Positions 1-9,004 of a stretch of DNA of 34,699 nucleotides are shown here, in pieces. Source of the stretch: Gemmatimonadota bacterium. GTDB taxonomy: Bacteria > Gemmatimonadota > Gemmatimonadetes > Palauibacterales > KS3-K002. The translations under genes were made by a program, and so were the position numbers. Position 1 is the stretch's first letter. The number at the start of each line of letters is the position of its first letter. The notes under the pieces were generated by a model, which ran no database searches, had not been told where the DNA came from, and saw nothing but the letters and a program-made list of their open reading frames with translations. The DNA lies in contig JBDHAI010000009.1 in assembly GCA_039588155.1 (NCBI GenBank), positions 1 to 34,699 of the forward strand, given 5' to 3'.

Positions 1-504
1 GTCGATGCCCGCGAGGTACGCGTTCTCCATCCTCCGCTCCTCGAGGAGCTCGCCCTGCTTGCCGGGGAGCGCGATGAACATCTCGACGTGGTAGTAGGCG
101 TGTTCGGAGAAGGCGCTGTCTACAACCTGCGGCGGAGGCCCCAACACGAAAAGCTCCTCGCGCCACGACACTCGCTCCGCCACACGAGCTTGGAAATCGG
201 CGGTGCTCATGCCGGATCTGGCCGTCGCTTCCTCCCGACGGGACGCGCTTTCTATCGAGTGGTACTCGGCGAAGCTTCCCATCGGGAAGAGAAGTAGCAG
301 GTCCCATTGGTCGCCCTGGCTATGTCGCATCATGAACGGACGCTCGCCATTTGCCTCGAATAGAGGCATCCGCTGCTGATAGAGGTCGATGAGCTCGAGC
401 AACTCACCCGGTGCCGCACGCACGAGCAGGGTCCGGTAGAGGTAATCGCCTTCGTTGCTGGGCGCGTGCACGGCCAGCAACGAAGCCAAGAGCAAGCAGA
501 GCAT
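1..504 (-). CDS. Secreted hypothetical protein, possibly a tandem NIPSNAP/dimeric alpha-beta barrel; 3' end runs off the window
   Basis: Not in the ORF track; translated by hand. ATG at 504 follows SD GGGGGAG and the frame stays open to position 1: MLCLLLASLLAVHAPSNEGDYLYRTLLVRAAPGELLELIDLY...RHSQGDQWDLLLLFPM...YYHVEMFIALPGKQGELLEERRMENAYLAGID. N-terminus is hydrophobic and signal-like. Confidence 0.8.
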   Translation of the reverse strand, partial: MLCLLLASLLAVHAPSNEGDYLYRTLLVRAAPGELLELIDLYQQRMPLFEANGERPFMMRHSQGDQWDLLLLFPMGSFAEYHSIESASRREEATARSGMSTADFQARVAERVSWREELFVLGPPPQVVDSAFSEHAYYHVEMFIALPGKQGELLEERRMENAYLAGID

Positions 505-534
505 GTGACTCCCCCGAAGCTAAGTGGGCTGAAT

Positions 535-1287
535 TCAGCGGTGAAGTGTCGCCACCAATCGATCGGGCCGCCGGCTCGACGTCAATACCACGCGGTCGAA
601 GCGTCGCGTCGATTCCAGGGCGGAACGGGCGGCGTCTGTCGCGAGCGCCTCGCTCTCCTCGTCATCCACCATGTTGATGACCGGCACGACCGTGGCGGTC
701 CCGGCATTCTTGAGCAGCCCGTCCTCGGCGACCAGCAACCGCGCCACGTGTCGAGGCGTAATCGGTTCACCTATTCCTACGGCGCAGACGGCTGAGACGC
801 GCTGGAGCCGGTGCGCGACCTCGTTGGACAGCGGCCGGCCGATGGCTCTGGCCGAAACCAGCGGTATCAGGGTCGTGGTCTGACGAGGGAGGAGCGGTTC
901 ATCGTCGTTAGGCGCCTTGATCCAGCGCATACGTGCGCCGTCACCTTTTACATATAGTACGTCGAAAGCTTCGGTCCGGCGGATTTCGTCGATCAGCCCC
1001 TCGTTCACCCCACCGTAGCGAGCCCTCTTGATCTCGGGGTGTGCGAAGGCGACGAGCCTATGGTTCGCGGCGGCGCTGGCGACCGCCTCCACCATCTCGT
1101 CCGCGTTCGCGATGACCGGGTGCGCTCCCAGCGTCTCGGGAAAGCGCGAGATAGGTACGGTAGATGTGATCCCGACTCGACCGGAGTGTGTGGCGGCCAG
1201 ATGGTAAAGCGTCGTCTTCTTGCCGCCGGCGCCCACGGCGCAAATCAAGCCGCTGCGAGCAGCCAGGATATCTAAGAGTTCCGACAT
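535..1287 (-). CDS. yqeC: Selenium-dependent molybdenum hydroxylase accessory protein YqeC
   Basis: N-terminal VGAGGKKTT loop, ITSTVPI, and the KGDGAR..IKAP..DEP.LP motif typical of YqeC; 250 aa. Confidence 0.85.
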   Translation of the reverse strand: MSELLDILAARSGLICAVGAGGKKTTLYHLAATHSGRVGITSTVPISRFPETLGAHPVIANADEMVEAVASAAANHRLVAFAHPEIKRARYGGVNEGLIDEIRRTEAFDVLYVKGDGARMRWIKAPNDDEPLLPRQTTTLIPLVSARAIGRPLSNEVAHRLQRVSAVCAVGIGEPITPRHVARLLVAEDGLLKNAGTATVVPVINMVDDEESEALATDAARSALESTRRFDRVVLTSSRRPDRLVATLHR

Positions 1288-1296
1288 CTCGAGCCG

Positions 1297-2297
1297 CTAG
1301 CCCTCAACCACGGTGGCGGTAACGGAGAGTATGCGCGGCAAAAAGCCCGCGATGATCTCCCAGCTGTCCCCGCCGTTCCGGCTCGCGAAGAGATGGCCGC
1401 TCGAGGTGCCGAAGTACACGCCGCATGGGTCGAGGGCGTCCGTGTCGATGGCCTCTCGCAAGATCGTCACGTAGGCGTTCTCCTGGGGCAGCCCCTGAAT
1501 CAGCGGCTCCCAGTGCGCGCCGCCGTCGCGGCTGCGATAGACCGTGATCGCGCCTCCCACGGTCGTCCGCACGTGGCTGCTCTCTTCGGGAATGACGTAG
1601 ACGGTGTCGGAATCGCTGGGGTCGGTGGCGACGGCGTAGCCGAAGTCGCTGGGAAGCCCCTCCGTGATCTCGATCCAATTCTCGCCGCCGTCATCGCTTC
1701 GATAAGTGCCGGTCGAACGCCGCGGTTCGCCGGACTCCAGGTCGACCCACCGTCATCGCTGCGATAGACGCCGCCGGCGGACACGGCCGCATACATTCGC
1801 TGAGCTTTTCGTGGATCCACGTAGATCGAGTGCAGGGCCAGCCCGCCTTTGGCCGGCTGCCAGCGGCCGCGGGTGGGGTGCTCGTTGAGGCCCGGAACGG
1901 AGTGCCAGCTATCGCCGCGATCCGCTGAAACGAACAGACCGGCCGGTTCGACGCCGGCGTACAACGTCGCAGGGTGGTCGGCATGGCCGGCGGCCAGGTA
2001 CCAGATGGCCTTGAGGTCGGATGAGTCGTTCTCGACGTGAGGGGCCGAGGGGAGAACCTCCCAGCTGTGGCCGCCGTCACCGCTGCGGTACACGTGAACC
2101 CCCCAGACCATGTGTCGGACCGCCGCGTAGGCGGCGGCTGAATCCCGGGGATCGACGATCGCGTGGTACACCTCATAACCGGCGAGGTGGGGCCCCTCTA
2201 GATGCCACTCCCGCCGTTCCCCGTCCGAGGTGGCTAGGAACAGGCCCTTTCGTGTCCCGATCAGTAAAGCGACCCGCGGTGCGTTTGAACGCCCTAT
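1297..2297 (-). pseudogene. BNR/Asp-box repeat beta-propeller (sialidase-like) protein, frameshifted and without a canonical start
   Basis: One frame reads LLIGTRKGLF...YRSGDGGHSW...SADRGDSW...YRSDDGGSTW...GVR. The protein continues in another frame from about 1713: TGTYRSDDGGENWIEITEGLPSDFG...GTSSGHLFASRNGGDSW. SD GGGGAG is followed by ATA at 2297, with no in-frame ATG/GTG/TTG before the upstream stop. Confidence 0.75.
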
Positions 2298-2457
2298 GAT
2301 AGATCTCCCCGATGGCTCCGTTACGTCTATTGGAAGCGATCAGAGAATCTCGAGCATACAGCTGCCGTATTCAAGGTGGGTGTGCCACGGGGCCGCGAGC
2401 TGGGTACCGCGGCAGACTCGGATGCTGCTTTAGAGATGAAGAACTGAGGATGCCCGG

Positions 2458-2898
2458 CTATGCGGCGGAGCAGGTGATGATACCATCACCGTTGTTCGGC
2501 ACGCCGACGACCGCCGATACGGTGCCCATGTATACCCCGCATTCGATCGCGGTCTTGCTGTGAGTGGCCTTCGCGCTCCAACCGTTACCCGCGGTCTCGA
2601 CGATCTGCACCGTCACCATGTCGGTCATATTAAATACAAGGTTGCCTACGTTGGGGGCATAGGCGGCAGTTTCGTCGAAGTACGCCTCTTGAGCCTTGAC
2701 CAGCGTTCGTAGGTCGGTCTGCATTTGCGATCGGTAGGCCTTCTCCCGTGTGCGTGCGAACCGAGGCAGCGCTATCAGGGCCAGGATGCCGATGATGGTC
2801 ACAACCACGAGCAGCTCGATCAGCGTAAAGCCCCGCCGTCGGCCTCGCCGGGTACCCTGATTGTTCGGCGGGATGTTAACTGCGGAAATGTCGACCAT
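2458..2898 (-). CDS. Type IV pilin (prepilin N-terminal cleavage/methylation domain)
   Basis: Basic leader ending RRRG|FTLIELLVVVTIIGILALIALPRF with Glu5; two C-terminal Cys; SD GAGGAG upstream. Start could instead be TTG at 2904. Confidence 0.95.
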   Translation of the reverse strand: MVDISAVNIPPNNQGTRRGRRRGFTLIELLVVVTIIGILALIALPRFARTREKAYRSQMQTDLRTLVKAQEAYFDETAAYAPNVGNLVFNMTDMVTVQIVETAGNGWSAKATHSKTAIECGVYMGTVSAVVGVPNNGDGIITCSAA

Positions 2899-2972
2899 TC
2901 TCAAAAGCGCTCCTCAGCGGAGCCGGGCGGCGACGGGTGGCCAGCCAGGCCCAGCAAACCGCCGGTACGAGG

Positions 2973-2988
2973 GGCAAGCGCCATGCCC
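2973..2988 (-). promoter_or_regulatory. Putative sigma54 (-24/-12) promoter of the pilin gene
   Basis: Minus strand GGGCATGGCGCTTGCC versus consensus TGGCACG-N4-TTGCW, with exact GG-N10-GC spacing, about 75 nt upstream of the pilin start. Confidence 0.65.
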
Positions 2989-3234
2989 TACACCACGTTC
3001 TCCTAAGCGGTGTGACCTCAGACAATTGCGAACATGTAAGATACCTTTCATGTCAGAGGCCTGCGCATATTGCACGGGTGTACGGCGGAGTGCATTCCGC
3101 CGGCCGCCGCTCATCTACATTCTGACGGCCGCGTCTAGGAATCCGCAGCGGCATGTGCAAGGTTAGCCGGGTCCAGCGTCTAAGCTGGTGAATAAGAACC
3201 GAGAGCCATGAGCTTTAATGAGAGGGAGGATAAG

Positions 3235-4455
3235 ATGCGAAAAGTGGCCCTGTTGGGAGCGGTGATCGCGCTGGCGCTTTCTCTAGCGGGGGCGGGTTCG
3301 GTTGTTGGGGGTGCGGGTGTTGAGGAGAGACCGGCGAGCCTGACGATTTACACGGGCAACCTGGCCCTGGTACGGCTCGAGGTGGATCGCGTACTCGTTC
3401 CGGGCGAGCAGACGGTTCGGATCGACGGCCTACCCACCAACATCGATCCCTCCAGCCTGACCGTACTGAACGCGGGTGTGACTTTGCTGGGCTCGCACGG
3501 GTTCCGAAGCTATCAGGACGCCGCCTCCGGCCCGGGCGCCTCGGTCGAGCTCGACCTGGAGGTCGAGCGGCAGGTCGATCGCGTGCAGCTGGCGTTCCTC
3601 ACCTCGGGGCTCAACTGGTCGGCGGACTACACGATGGTCATCGCGCGCGACGACGCGACGGCCCGGGTCGATGGGTACGCCAACTTGTCGAACGGCTCAG
3701 GCACGACCTACGAGGGCGCGGAGGTTCAGTTGCTGGCGGGTACGATACAGCGGGGGATGGCGAGTCCGTATATGGCGGATGAGCTGAGGGCGGCTCGTTC
3801 GCTCATGGAGGCGGCGGCCGCGCCGGACATGACGCAGGCGGCGTTTGGCGATTACCACCTGTACACCCTCTCGGATCCGCTGACGCTGCGGTCGGGCGAG
3901 AGCCGGCGCATCCGCATGGTCGGGGCGAGCGCGGTGACGACGAGGAAGGAGTACGTGCTGACCCACAACACCAACTACTACCAGCAATACCCGGAACCGC
4001 AGACGAGTCCGGTTTCGATCAGTTACGTCGTTGATCGGCCGCGCGACAGCGATTTCGGCAACGATCCGTTGCCGGGCGGTCAGGTGAGGATGTTACAGCG
4101 GGACGATGCGGGACGGATCCAGCCGCTGGGCATCTCTTCGATCGCGAACACGCCAAGCGGGGAGAGTATCCGTCTGGCGGTCGGCTACGCGTTCGACATC
4201 GTGGGTAAGCGGACGCAGATGGAGTACACGCGCCCCGCGAACAACGTGTACGAATCGAGCTGGAGAGTAGAGTTGAGTAACGGCGGCGACTCCGATGTCA
4301 CGGTCCAGGTGATCGAGCGCACGACGGGCGACTGGCGGATCGTGGAGTCGAGCCACGATTGGCAAAAGCTGTCGGCGGGGGCGGTGCTCTTCTCGGTCGA
4401 CGTTCCCGCTGGCGGTGAGGTCGGGCTCGAGTATCGAATCCAAGTTCGCACATGA
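3235..4455 (+). CDS. Secreted DUF4139 domain protein
   Basis: SD GGGAGGA before ATG 3235; signal peptide; LTIYTGNLALV, LPTNIDPSS, LTSGLNWSADY, N.SGTTY..A.VQLLAG, DYHLYTL, PLPGGQVR and G.AFDI motifs. Confidence 0.85.
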   Translation: MRKVALLGAVIALALSLAGAGSVVGGAGVEERPASLTIYTGNLALVRLEVDRVLVPGEQTVRIDGLPTNIDPSSLTVLNAGVTLLGSHGFRSYQDAASGPGASVELDLEVERQVDRVQLAFLTSGLNWSADYTMVIARDDATARVDGYANLSNGSGTTYEGAEVQLLAGTIQRGMASPYMADELRAARSLMEAAAAPDMTQAAFGDYHLYTLSDPLTLRSGESRRIRMVGASAVTTRKEYVLTHNTNYYQQYPEPQTSPVSISYVVDRPRDSDFGNDPLPGGQVRMLQRDDAGRIQPLGISSIANTPSGESIRLAVGYAFDIVGKRTQMEYTRPANNVYESSWRVELSNGGDSDVTVQVIERTTGDWRIVESSHDWQKLSAGAVLFSVDVPAGGEVGLEYRIQVRT

Positions 4456-4518
4456 GCCGTAGCGGACGGTCCACTGTTTGCGCCGCTGAGATGAGCCTTT
4501 CGGTCGGGTGAGTGCACG

Positions 4519-4546
4519 TTGACAGCGCTGGGTTTACACTCATATT
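4519..4546 (+). promoter_or_regulatory. Putative sigma70 promoter of rpsU
   Basis: Perfect TTGACA, 16-nt spacer, then CATATT. Confidence 0.5.
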
Positions 4547-4610
4547 TGCAGGCCTGTCGGGCGGGTCTTCGGCCGGGTATGCACCGGCAGGTGTTTTAGA
4601 AAGGAGAGTA

Positions 4611-4802
4611 ATGGTTCAGGTCACGGTCAACGAAGGGGACGATCTCGAGCGCGTGCTGCGCCGCTTCAAGCGGCAGGTACAGAAGGCCGGTATCTTCACT
4701 GACCTCAAGCGCAAGAAGCACTACGAGAAGCCCTCCGAGACGCGGAAACGCAAGCGGAACGCGGCTCGCAGGCGCAGTCGGCGAACACGGCAGCGCAGGT
4801 AA
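4611..4802 (+). CDS. rpsU: 30S ribosomal protein S21
   Basis: [48 protein letters not shown]; SD AAGGAG before ATG 4611. Confidence 0.97.
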   Translation: MVQVTVNEGDDLERVLRRFKRQVQKAGIFTDLKRKKHYEKPSETRKRKRNAARRRSRRTRQRR

Positions 4803-4904
4803 TCGCCGGTCCCCTACACAGCGGTTCACTTTGCGGCTCGCGTGACAGGTCGCGCGATGCCCTCATATATAAGTCGAGCCCAGATAGGGCTCGCTAGAAT
4901 CCCG

Positions 4905-4937
4905 AGGGGTTGCTGATCACTATCTGCGACCCCTTTT
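4905..4937 (+). terminator. Probable intrinsic terminator downstream of rpsU
   Basis: AGGGGTTGC-TGAT...ATCT-GCGACCCCT stem followed by a short T run. Confidence 0.5.
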
Positions 4938-5000
4938 GATGTTCTGGCGGTGAGAACCGATTCGTGGTAGCCAGTCGGGTCGCGGCCGCTATCTTCAGGC

Positions 5001-6404
5001 ATGGGTCGCTCCACTCCCTCGCAGGTGAAACCGGCGCTAGGCCTCGGCCTGGCCGAGCGGTTTGAAGCTCACACGCGAACGAGCGGCCTGTTGCCGCGCG
5101 GAGCGGCGGTGACGGTCGCGCTCTCGGGTGGGCTCGACTCGGTCGTTTTGCTGGACTTGCTTTGCAGGCTGCAGTCCGGCTGGAATTGGAGCATCAGCGC
5201 GGCGCACTTCGATCACCGGATGAGGGAAACCAGTGGTCGCGAGGCGGAGTGGGTCGGCGAGCTGAGCGAGAGTTTGGCCGTCCCGTACGTTGTGGGGCGC
5301 TCGCCTACCGTGCCCCGCAACGAAGCGGAGGCTCGTGAGCAGCGCTACGCCTTCTTGCTCGAAGCGTGCGTGGAACTCTGCTCCGACACGCTCGCTACGG
5401 CCCACCAGGCCGACGACCAGGCGGAGACCGTTCTCTTCCGGCTTGTCCGTGGCAGCGGGCTCGGCGGCCTCGCCGGTATTCCCGCGCGGCGGCCACCGTG
5501 CGTCGTGCGGCCGCTGCTTCCATTCTGGCGCGTCGACCTGGAGGGCTACGCCGCCGAGCGTGAACTCGACTTCCTGACGGACTCGAGCAATCGCGATCTC
5601 TCGATCGCCCGAAACCTGCTTCGTCAGCGACTCATCCCCGACATCGAGGCCTCGGTAGCCCCGGATTTCCGCCTTCAGCTCCAGCGACTGGGTGGGTTGG
5701 CCGCCCGGGCCACCCGAGCGGTCGAGGGTGCAGTGGGAACGGCAGCGGCGGCGCTGGTCGAGGAGGTGTCGGAAAGCCGTATTGTAGTTGCACGTACAGG
5801 CTTTCTCGCCTATGATACTCACGTCCGGGCGCATCTCTTACGCGCACTCGCCGCGCGCGTGGGTCCACGTCCCAGCCGGGTCGGAACGCGCACCGCCTTG
5901 GAGTTTATTAATACGTGCTCCAGCGGGCGTAGGTTGGAGCTCGCCGGGGGCATCACGATCAGCCGCGAGTTCGATCGTTTGATTCTCGAGCGCCGCTCGT
6001 CTGATCTGCGGCGGCGAGATGAGGAGCTCGTCATTTCCGACCTGCGCGGTGGAGACGGACATGCGAGCATCGGCGGTGCCTGTTGGCGAGTCAGGTGGGT
6101 GCTCGGAGCGCGAGACGATCACACGGCGCCTGGCGAGCAGATCGCCTGCTTCGATCCCTCGGCGCTCCAACTGCCGCTGACGGTTCGAGGCTGGCGACCG
6201 GGCGACAAGATTCGGCTGGCAGCCGGCACTCGGAAGCTCAAGAAAGTGTTCGTCGATCGAAAGGTCGGTCGCTCCGAGCGCGCGAGCCGACCGTTGCTTG
6301 CGGATGAGGCCGGCGTGCTTTGGGTGGTTGGGTTGGCCCGCGGTGTGCGGGCCACCGATGACGAAAGCCAGGCGTTGTGCGTCCACATGCGACGAGAGGA
6401 ATGA
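5001..6404 (+). CDS. tilS: tRNA(Ile)-lysidine synthetase
   Basis: PP-loop SGGLDS, HFDH, R..RY, TAHQADDQAET.LFRLVRGSG, RPLL, D.SN...RN and C-terminal R...PGD...G.RKLKK. Confidence 0.97.
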   Translation: MGRSTPSQVKPALGLGLAERFEAHTRTSGLLPRGAAVTVALSGGLDSVVLLDLLCRLQSGWNWSISAAHFDHRMRETSGREAEWVGELSESLAVPYVVGRSPTVPRNEAEAREQRYAFLLEACVELCSDTLATAHQADDQAETVLFRLVRGSGLGGLAGIPARRPPCVVRPLLPFWRVDLEGYAAERELDFLTDSSNRDLSIARNLLRQRLIPDIEASVAPDFRLQLQRLGGLAARATRAVEGAVGTAAAALVEEVSESRIVVARTGFLAYDTHVRAHLLRALAARVGPRPSRVGTRTALEFINTCSSGRRLELAGGITISREFDRLILERRSSDLRRRDEELVISDLRGGDGHASIGGACWRVRWVLGARDDHTAPGEQIACFDPSALQLPLTVRGWRPGDKIRLAAGTRKLKKVFVDRKVGRSERASRPLLADEAGVLWVVGLARGVRATDDESQALCVHMRREE

Positions 6405-6964
6405 GCGAGGTCGCTACGTATCCGGGGTTAAAGACGATCCTGTTCGGCGAGGACGAGATCGCCGAGCGAGTGCGCGAGCTTGGAAAGAAGATCGACGCGT
6501 ATTATCCGGCGGAGGACGAGATACTCGTCATCGGCTTGTTGAAGGGCGGCTTCATGTTCACCGCCGATCTCGTGCGCGCGATCGGCCGTGCCAACTTGAA
6601 GGTCGATTTCGTGATGGCGGCGCTGTACGGGAGAGGAACGGATGCCAGCGGCGACGTCAGGCTGCTGCACGGTACCGAACTGACCGTAGCAGACCGGCAC
6701 GTTCTTGTGGTCGAAGATGTAGTCGACAGCGGCAAGACGCTGAATCGCATTTGCGACGAACTCGAGAGCGGGTCACCGCGCTCGTTGGAAGTCATCGCCC
6801 TGCTGCACAAGCGGCTCTGCACTGGGCTGAGGCATGAGCCGCGTTGGGTCGGCTTCGATGCGCCGGCCGAATGGCTGGTCGGATACGGATTAGACCTCGG
6901 GGAGCGGTATCGCCATCTGCCGTTTGTAGGTGCCGTTACTCCCGAGGATGCGAGAGGTAGATAA
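6401..6964 (+). CDS. hpt: Hypoxanthine phosphoribosyltransferase
   Basis: LLKGGFMF..DL, PRPP motif VVEDVVDSGKTL, LVGYGLD..ERYRHLP; ATGA overlap with tilS. Confidence 0.96.
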   Translation: MSEVATYPGLKTILFGEDEIAERVRELGKKIDAYYPAEDEILVIGLLKGGFMFTADLVRAIGRANLKVDFVMAALYGRGTDASGDVRLLHGTELTVADRHVLVVEDVVDSGKTLNRICDELESGSPRSLEVIALLHKRLCTGLRHEPRWVGFDAPAEWLVGYGLDLGERYRHLPFVGAVTPEDARGR

Positions 6965-6967
6965 GAC

Positions 6968-8995
6968 ATGGCGGATTCGTCTCCGAAACGCGGAGAGCCA
7001 CTGGGACGCTGGAGCCGGATGTCAAGGAGCCTGGCTTTCTGGGCGCTGATCATCCTGGTTCCGCTCATCATCATCCAGCTCTTGGGCCAGGGCCGCAAAG
7101 ATGTGCAAGAGCTCAGCTACACCGATTTCATGTCCGAGCTCGACCAGGGCAACGTGCTGAAGGTCTCCGTGATCGAAGGCAAGGAGCTCGAGGGCGAACT
7201 GCGAGCCCCTGTGGGCGCGACCGGGCAGACGACTCGCGAGTTCTGGACCAAGCTGCCCGTTTGGCACAGTGAGGATTTGCTCAAGAAGCTCGAGGAGAGC
7301 GGCATCGCTATCGAAGCAGAAGAGGCACGCCCCAACTGGTGGGGCCTGCTCGCCGGTGCCCTACCTTGGATCTTTCTTTTCGGGCTGATGCTCTTCTGGC
7401 TTCGACAGATGCAGGCGGGCGGTGCACGTGCGTTCTCCTTCGGCAAATCGAAAGCCAAGCTGCTGTCCGGCGACACACCGAAGGTGACGTTCGCCGATGT
7501 GGCTGGCTGCGAAGAGGCCAAGGAAGAGCTGCAAGAGACCATTGAGTTCCTCAAGGACCCCACGAAGTTCACGCGGCTCGGCGGCCGTCTGCCGAAGGGC
7601 GCATTACTGGTCGGGTCGCCAGGGACCGGCAAGACACTCCTGGCGAAAGCCGTAGCGGGTGAGGCCTCGCGGCCCTTCTTCAGCATGTCGGGCTCCGATT
7701 TCGTCGAGATGTTTGTCGGCGTCGGCGCTTCGCGTGTGCGCGATCTGTTCGAGCAGGGTAAAGCGCATGCCCCCTGCATCATTTTCATCGATGAGCTGGA
7801 TGCTGTAGGTCGACACCGTGGCGCCGGGCTTGGAGGTGGACACGACGAGAGGGAACAGACGCTCAACCAGCTGCTTGTCGAGATGGACGGCTTCGAGTCG
7901 AACGAGGGAGTCATTTTGGTCGCCGCGACGAACCGTCCGGATGTGCTCGATCCGGCCCTTCTGCGTCCCGGCCGCTTCGACCGACAGATCGTTGTCGATG
8001 TGCCGGACGTGAAGGGCCGTGAGGGTATCCTCAAGGTCCACACTCGGAAGATACCGCTGGCAGACGACGTCGATCTCGCCAAGCTCGCCCGTGCGACGCC
8101 GGGCATGAGCGGCGCCGACTTGGCCAACATGGTCAACGAGGCTGCCCTCCTAGCCGCGCGGAAGGAAAAGGACCGTGTCGACATGGACGACATGGAACAG
8201 TCGAAGGACAGAGTGCTGCTGGGTGCGGAACGTAAGAGCATGGTCATCAGCGATGAGGAGCGCAATCTCAGCGCCTACCACGAAGCCGGTCATGTCGTCG
8301 CCGCGCATTACACACCCGAGTGCGATCCTCTCCACAAGGTGACCATCGTTCCGCGCGGTCGAGCCCTGGGACTGACTTTCGCGATGCCGGAGGATGATCG
8401 GCACAGCTATTCCAAAGCCTACCTGCAGGCTCAACTCGTGTACGCCTACGGTGGGCGGGTAGCGGAGGAGTTAATCTTCGGCCCCGATAAGATCACCACG
8501 GGCGCCGGTAACGACATCGAGCGTGCTACGGCCTTGGCGCGTCGCATGGTCGCGGAGTGGGGGATGTCGGACAAGGTCGGCCCCATGAACGTCGGCGACC
8601 GTGCGGACGAGATTTTCCTGGGCCGCGAGATCGTCGAGCGCCGTGAGGTCAGTGAATTGATGTCGCAGACCGTGGATGAGGAAGTGCGTGGGCTCCTCGA
8701 TGACGCGTATCAGGCGGCGACCCAGATCATCAGGGCGAACCAGAAGAAGCTTCACACCCTGGCGACGGCTCTCCTCGAACGCGAGACGCTGGACTCGGAC
8801 GAGATCAACCTCGTGTTTGAAGGTAAGGAGCTACCTCCGCTGCCGGTCCCGGAGCCGGCGAAGCAAGAGAGTCAGCCCGGGGTAAAGGTGGCCGCTGATC
8901 GGTCAGCGAGCCTGGGGGCGGCGGGCAACCCGATCGAGAAGCTCAAGCCCGCCACCTCTTTCGAAACCCCGCGAGGGAAACTGCCCGAGCACTGA
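6968..8995 (+). CDS. ftsH: ATP-dependent zinc metalloprotease FtsH
   Basis: Two TM segments, Walker A GSPGTGKT, Walker [20 protein letters not shown], zinc motif HEAGH. Confidence 0.99.
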   Translation: MADSSPKRGEPLGRWSRMSRSLAFWALIILVPLIIIQLLGQGRKDVQELSYTDFMSELDQGNVLKVSVIEGKELEGELRAPVGATGQTTREFWTKLPVWHSEDLLKKLEESGIAIEAEEARPNWWGLLAGALPWIFLFGLMLFWLRQMQAGGARAFSFGKSKAKLLSGDTPKVTFADVAGCEEAKEELQETIEFLKDPTKFTRLGGRLPKGALLVGSPGTGKTLLAKAVAGEASRPFFSMSGSDFVEMFVGVGASRVRDLFEQGKAHAPCIIFIDELDAVGRHRGAGLGGGHDEREQTLNQLLVEMDGFESNEGVILVAATNRPDVLDPALLRPGRFDRQIVVDVPDVKGREGILKVHTRKIPLADDVDLAKLARATPGMSGADLANMVNEAALLAARKEKDRVDMDDMEQSKDRVLLGAERKSMVISDEERNLSAYHEAGHVVAAHYTPECDPLHKVTIVPRGRALGLTFAMPEDDRHSYSKAYLQAQLVYAYGGRVAEELIFGPDKITTGAGNDIERATALARRMVAEWGMSDKVGPMNVGDRADEIFLGREIVERREVSELMSQTVDEEVRGLLDDAYQAATQIIRANQKKLHTLATALLERETLDSDEINLVFEGKELPPLPVPEPAKQESQPGVKVAADRSASLGAAGNPIEKLKPATSFETPRGKLPEH

Positions 8996-9004
8996 GACAT
9001 CGCG

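Noticed and set aside
1700-1730. Programmed ribosomal frameshift in the BNR gene
   Set aside because: No slippery heptamer at the junction, and sequence appears to be missing rather than only shifted.
535-2342. Selenocysteine read-through near yqeC
   Set aside because: No in-frame TGA inside a conserved coding segment; the TGA at 2340-2342 lies upstream of the SD.
3083-3102. Inverted repeat CGGCGGA-gtgcat-TCCGCCG in the pilin/DUF4139 intergenic region
   Set aside because: Single short GC hairpin with no U tract and no other copy noticed; cannot assign a function.
4512-4610. Extended N-termini for rpsU (also hpt, PNP, ileS, rluD, cheA) in the ORF track
   Set aside because: Downstream starts have better SD sites or stop/start overlaps and match family N-termini.
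4860-4940. Purine riboswitch upstream of tilS-hpt (starts CTCATATA, followed by a hairpin)
   Set aside because: The conserved TTTCTACC junction, CCGTAAA loop and GACTA closing strand are absent.
7117-8265. Long antisense ORFs over ftsH, and similar ones over folP, cheA, the TPR gene and the roadblock genes
   Set aside because: Shadow ORFs expected from high-GC codon bias opposite well-supported genes; no recognisable motifs.
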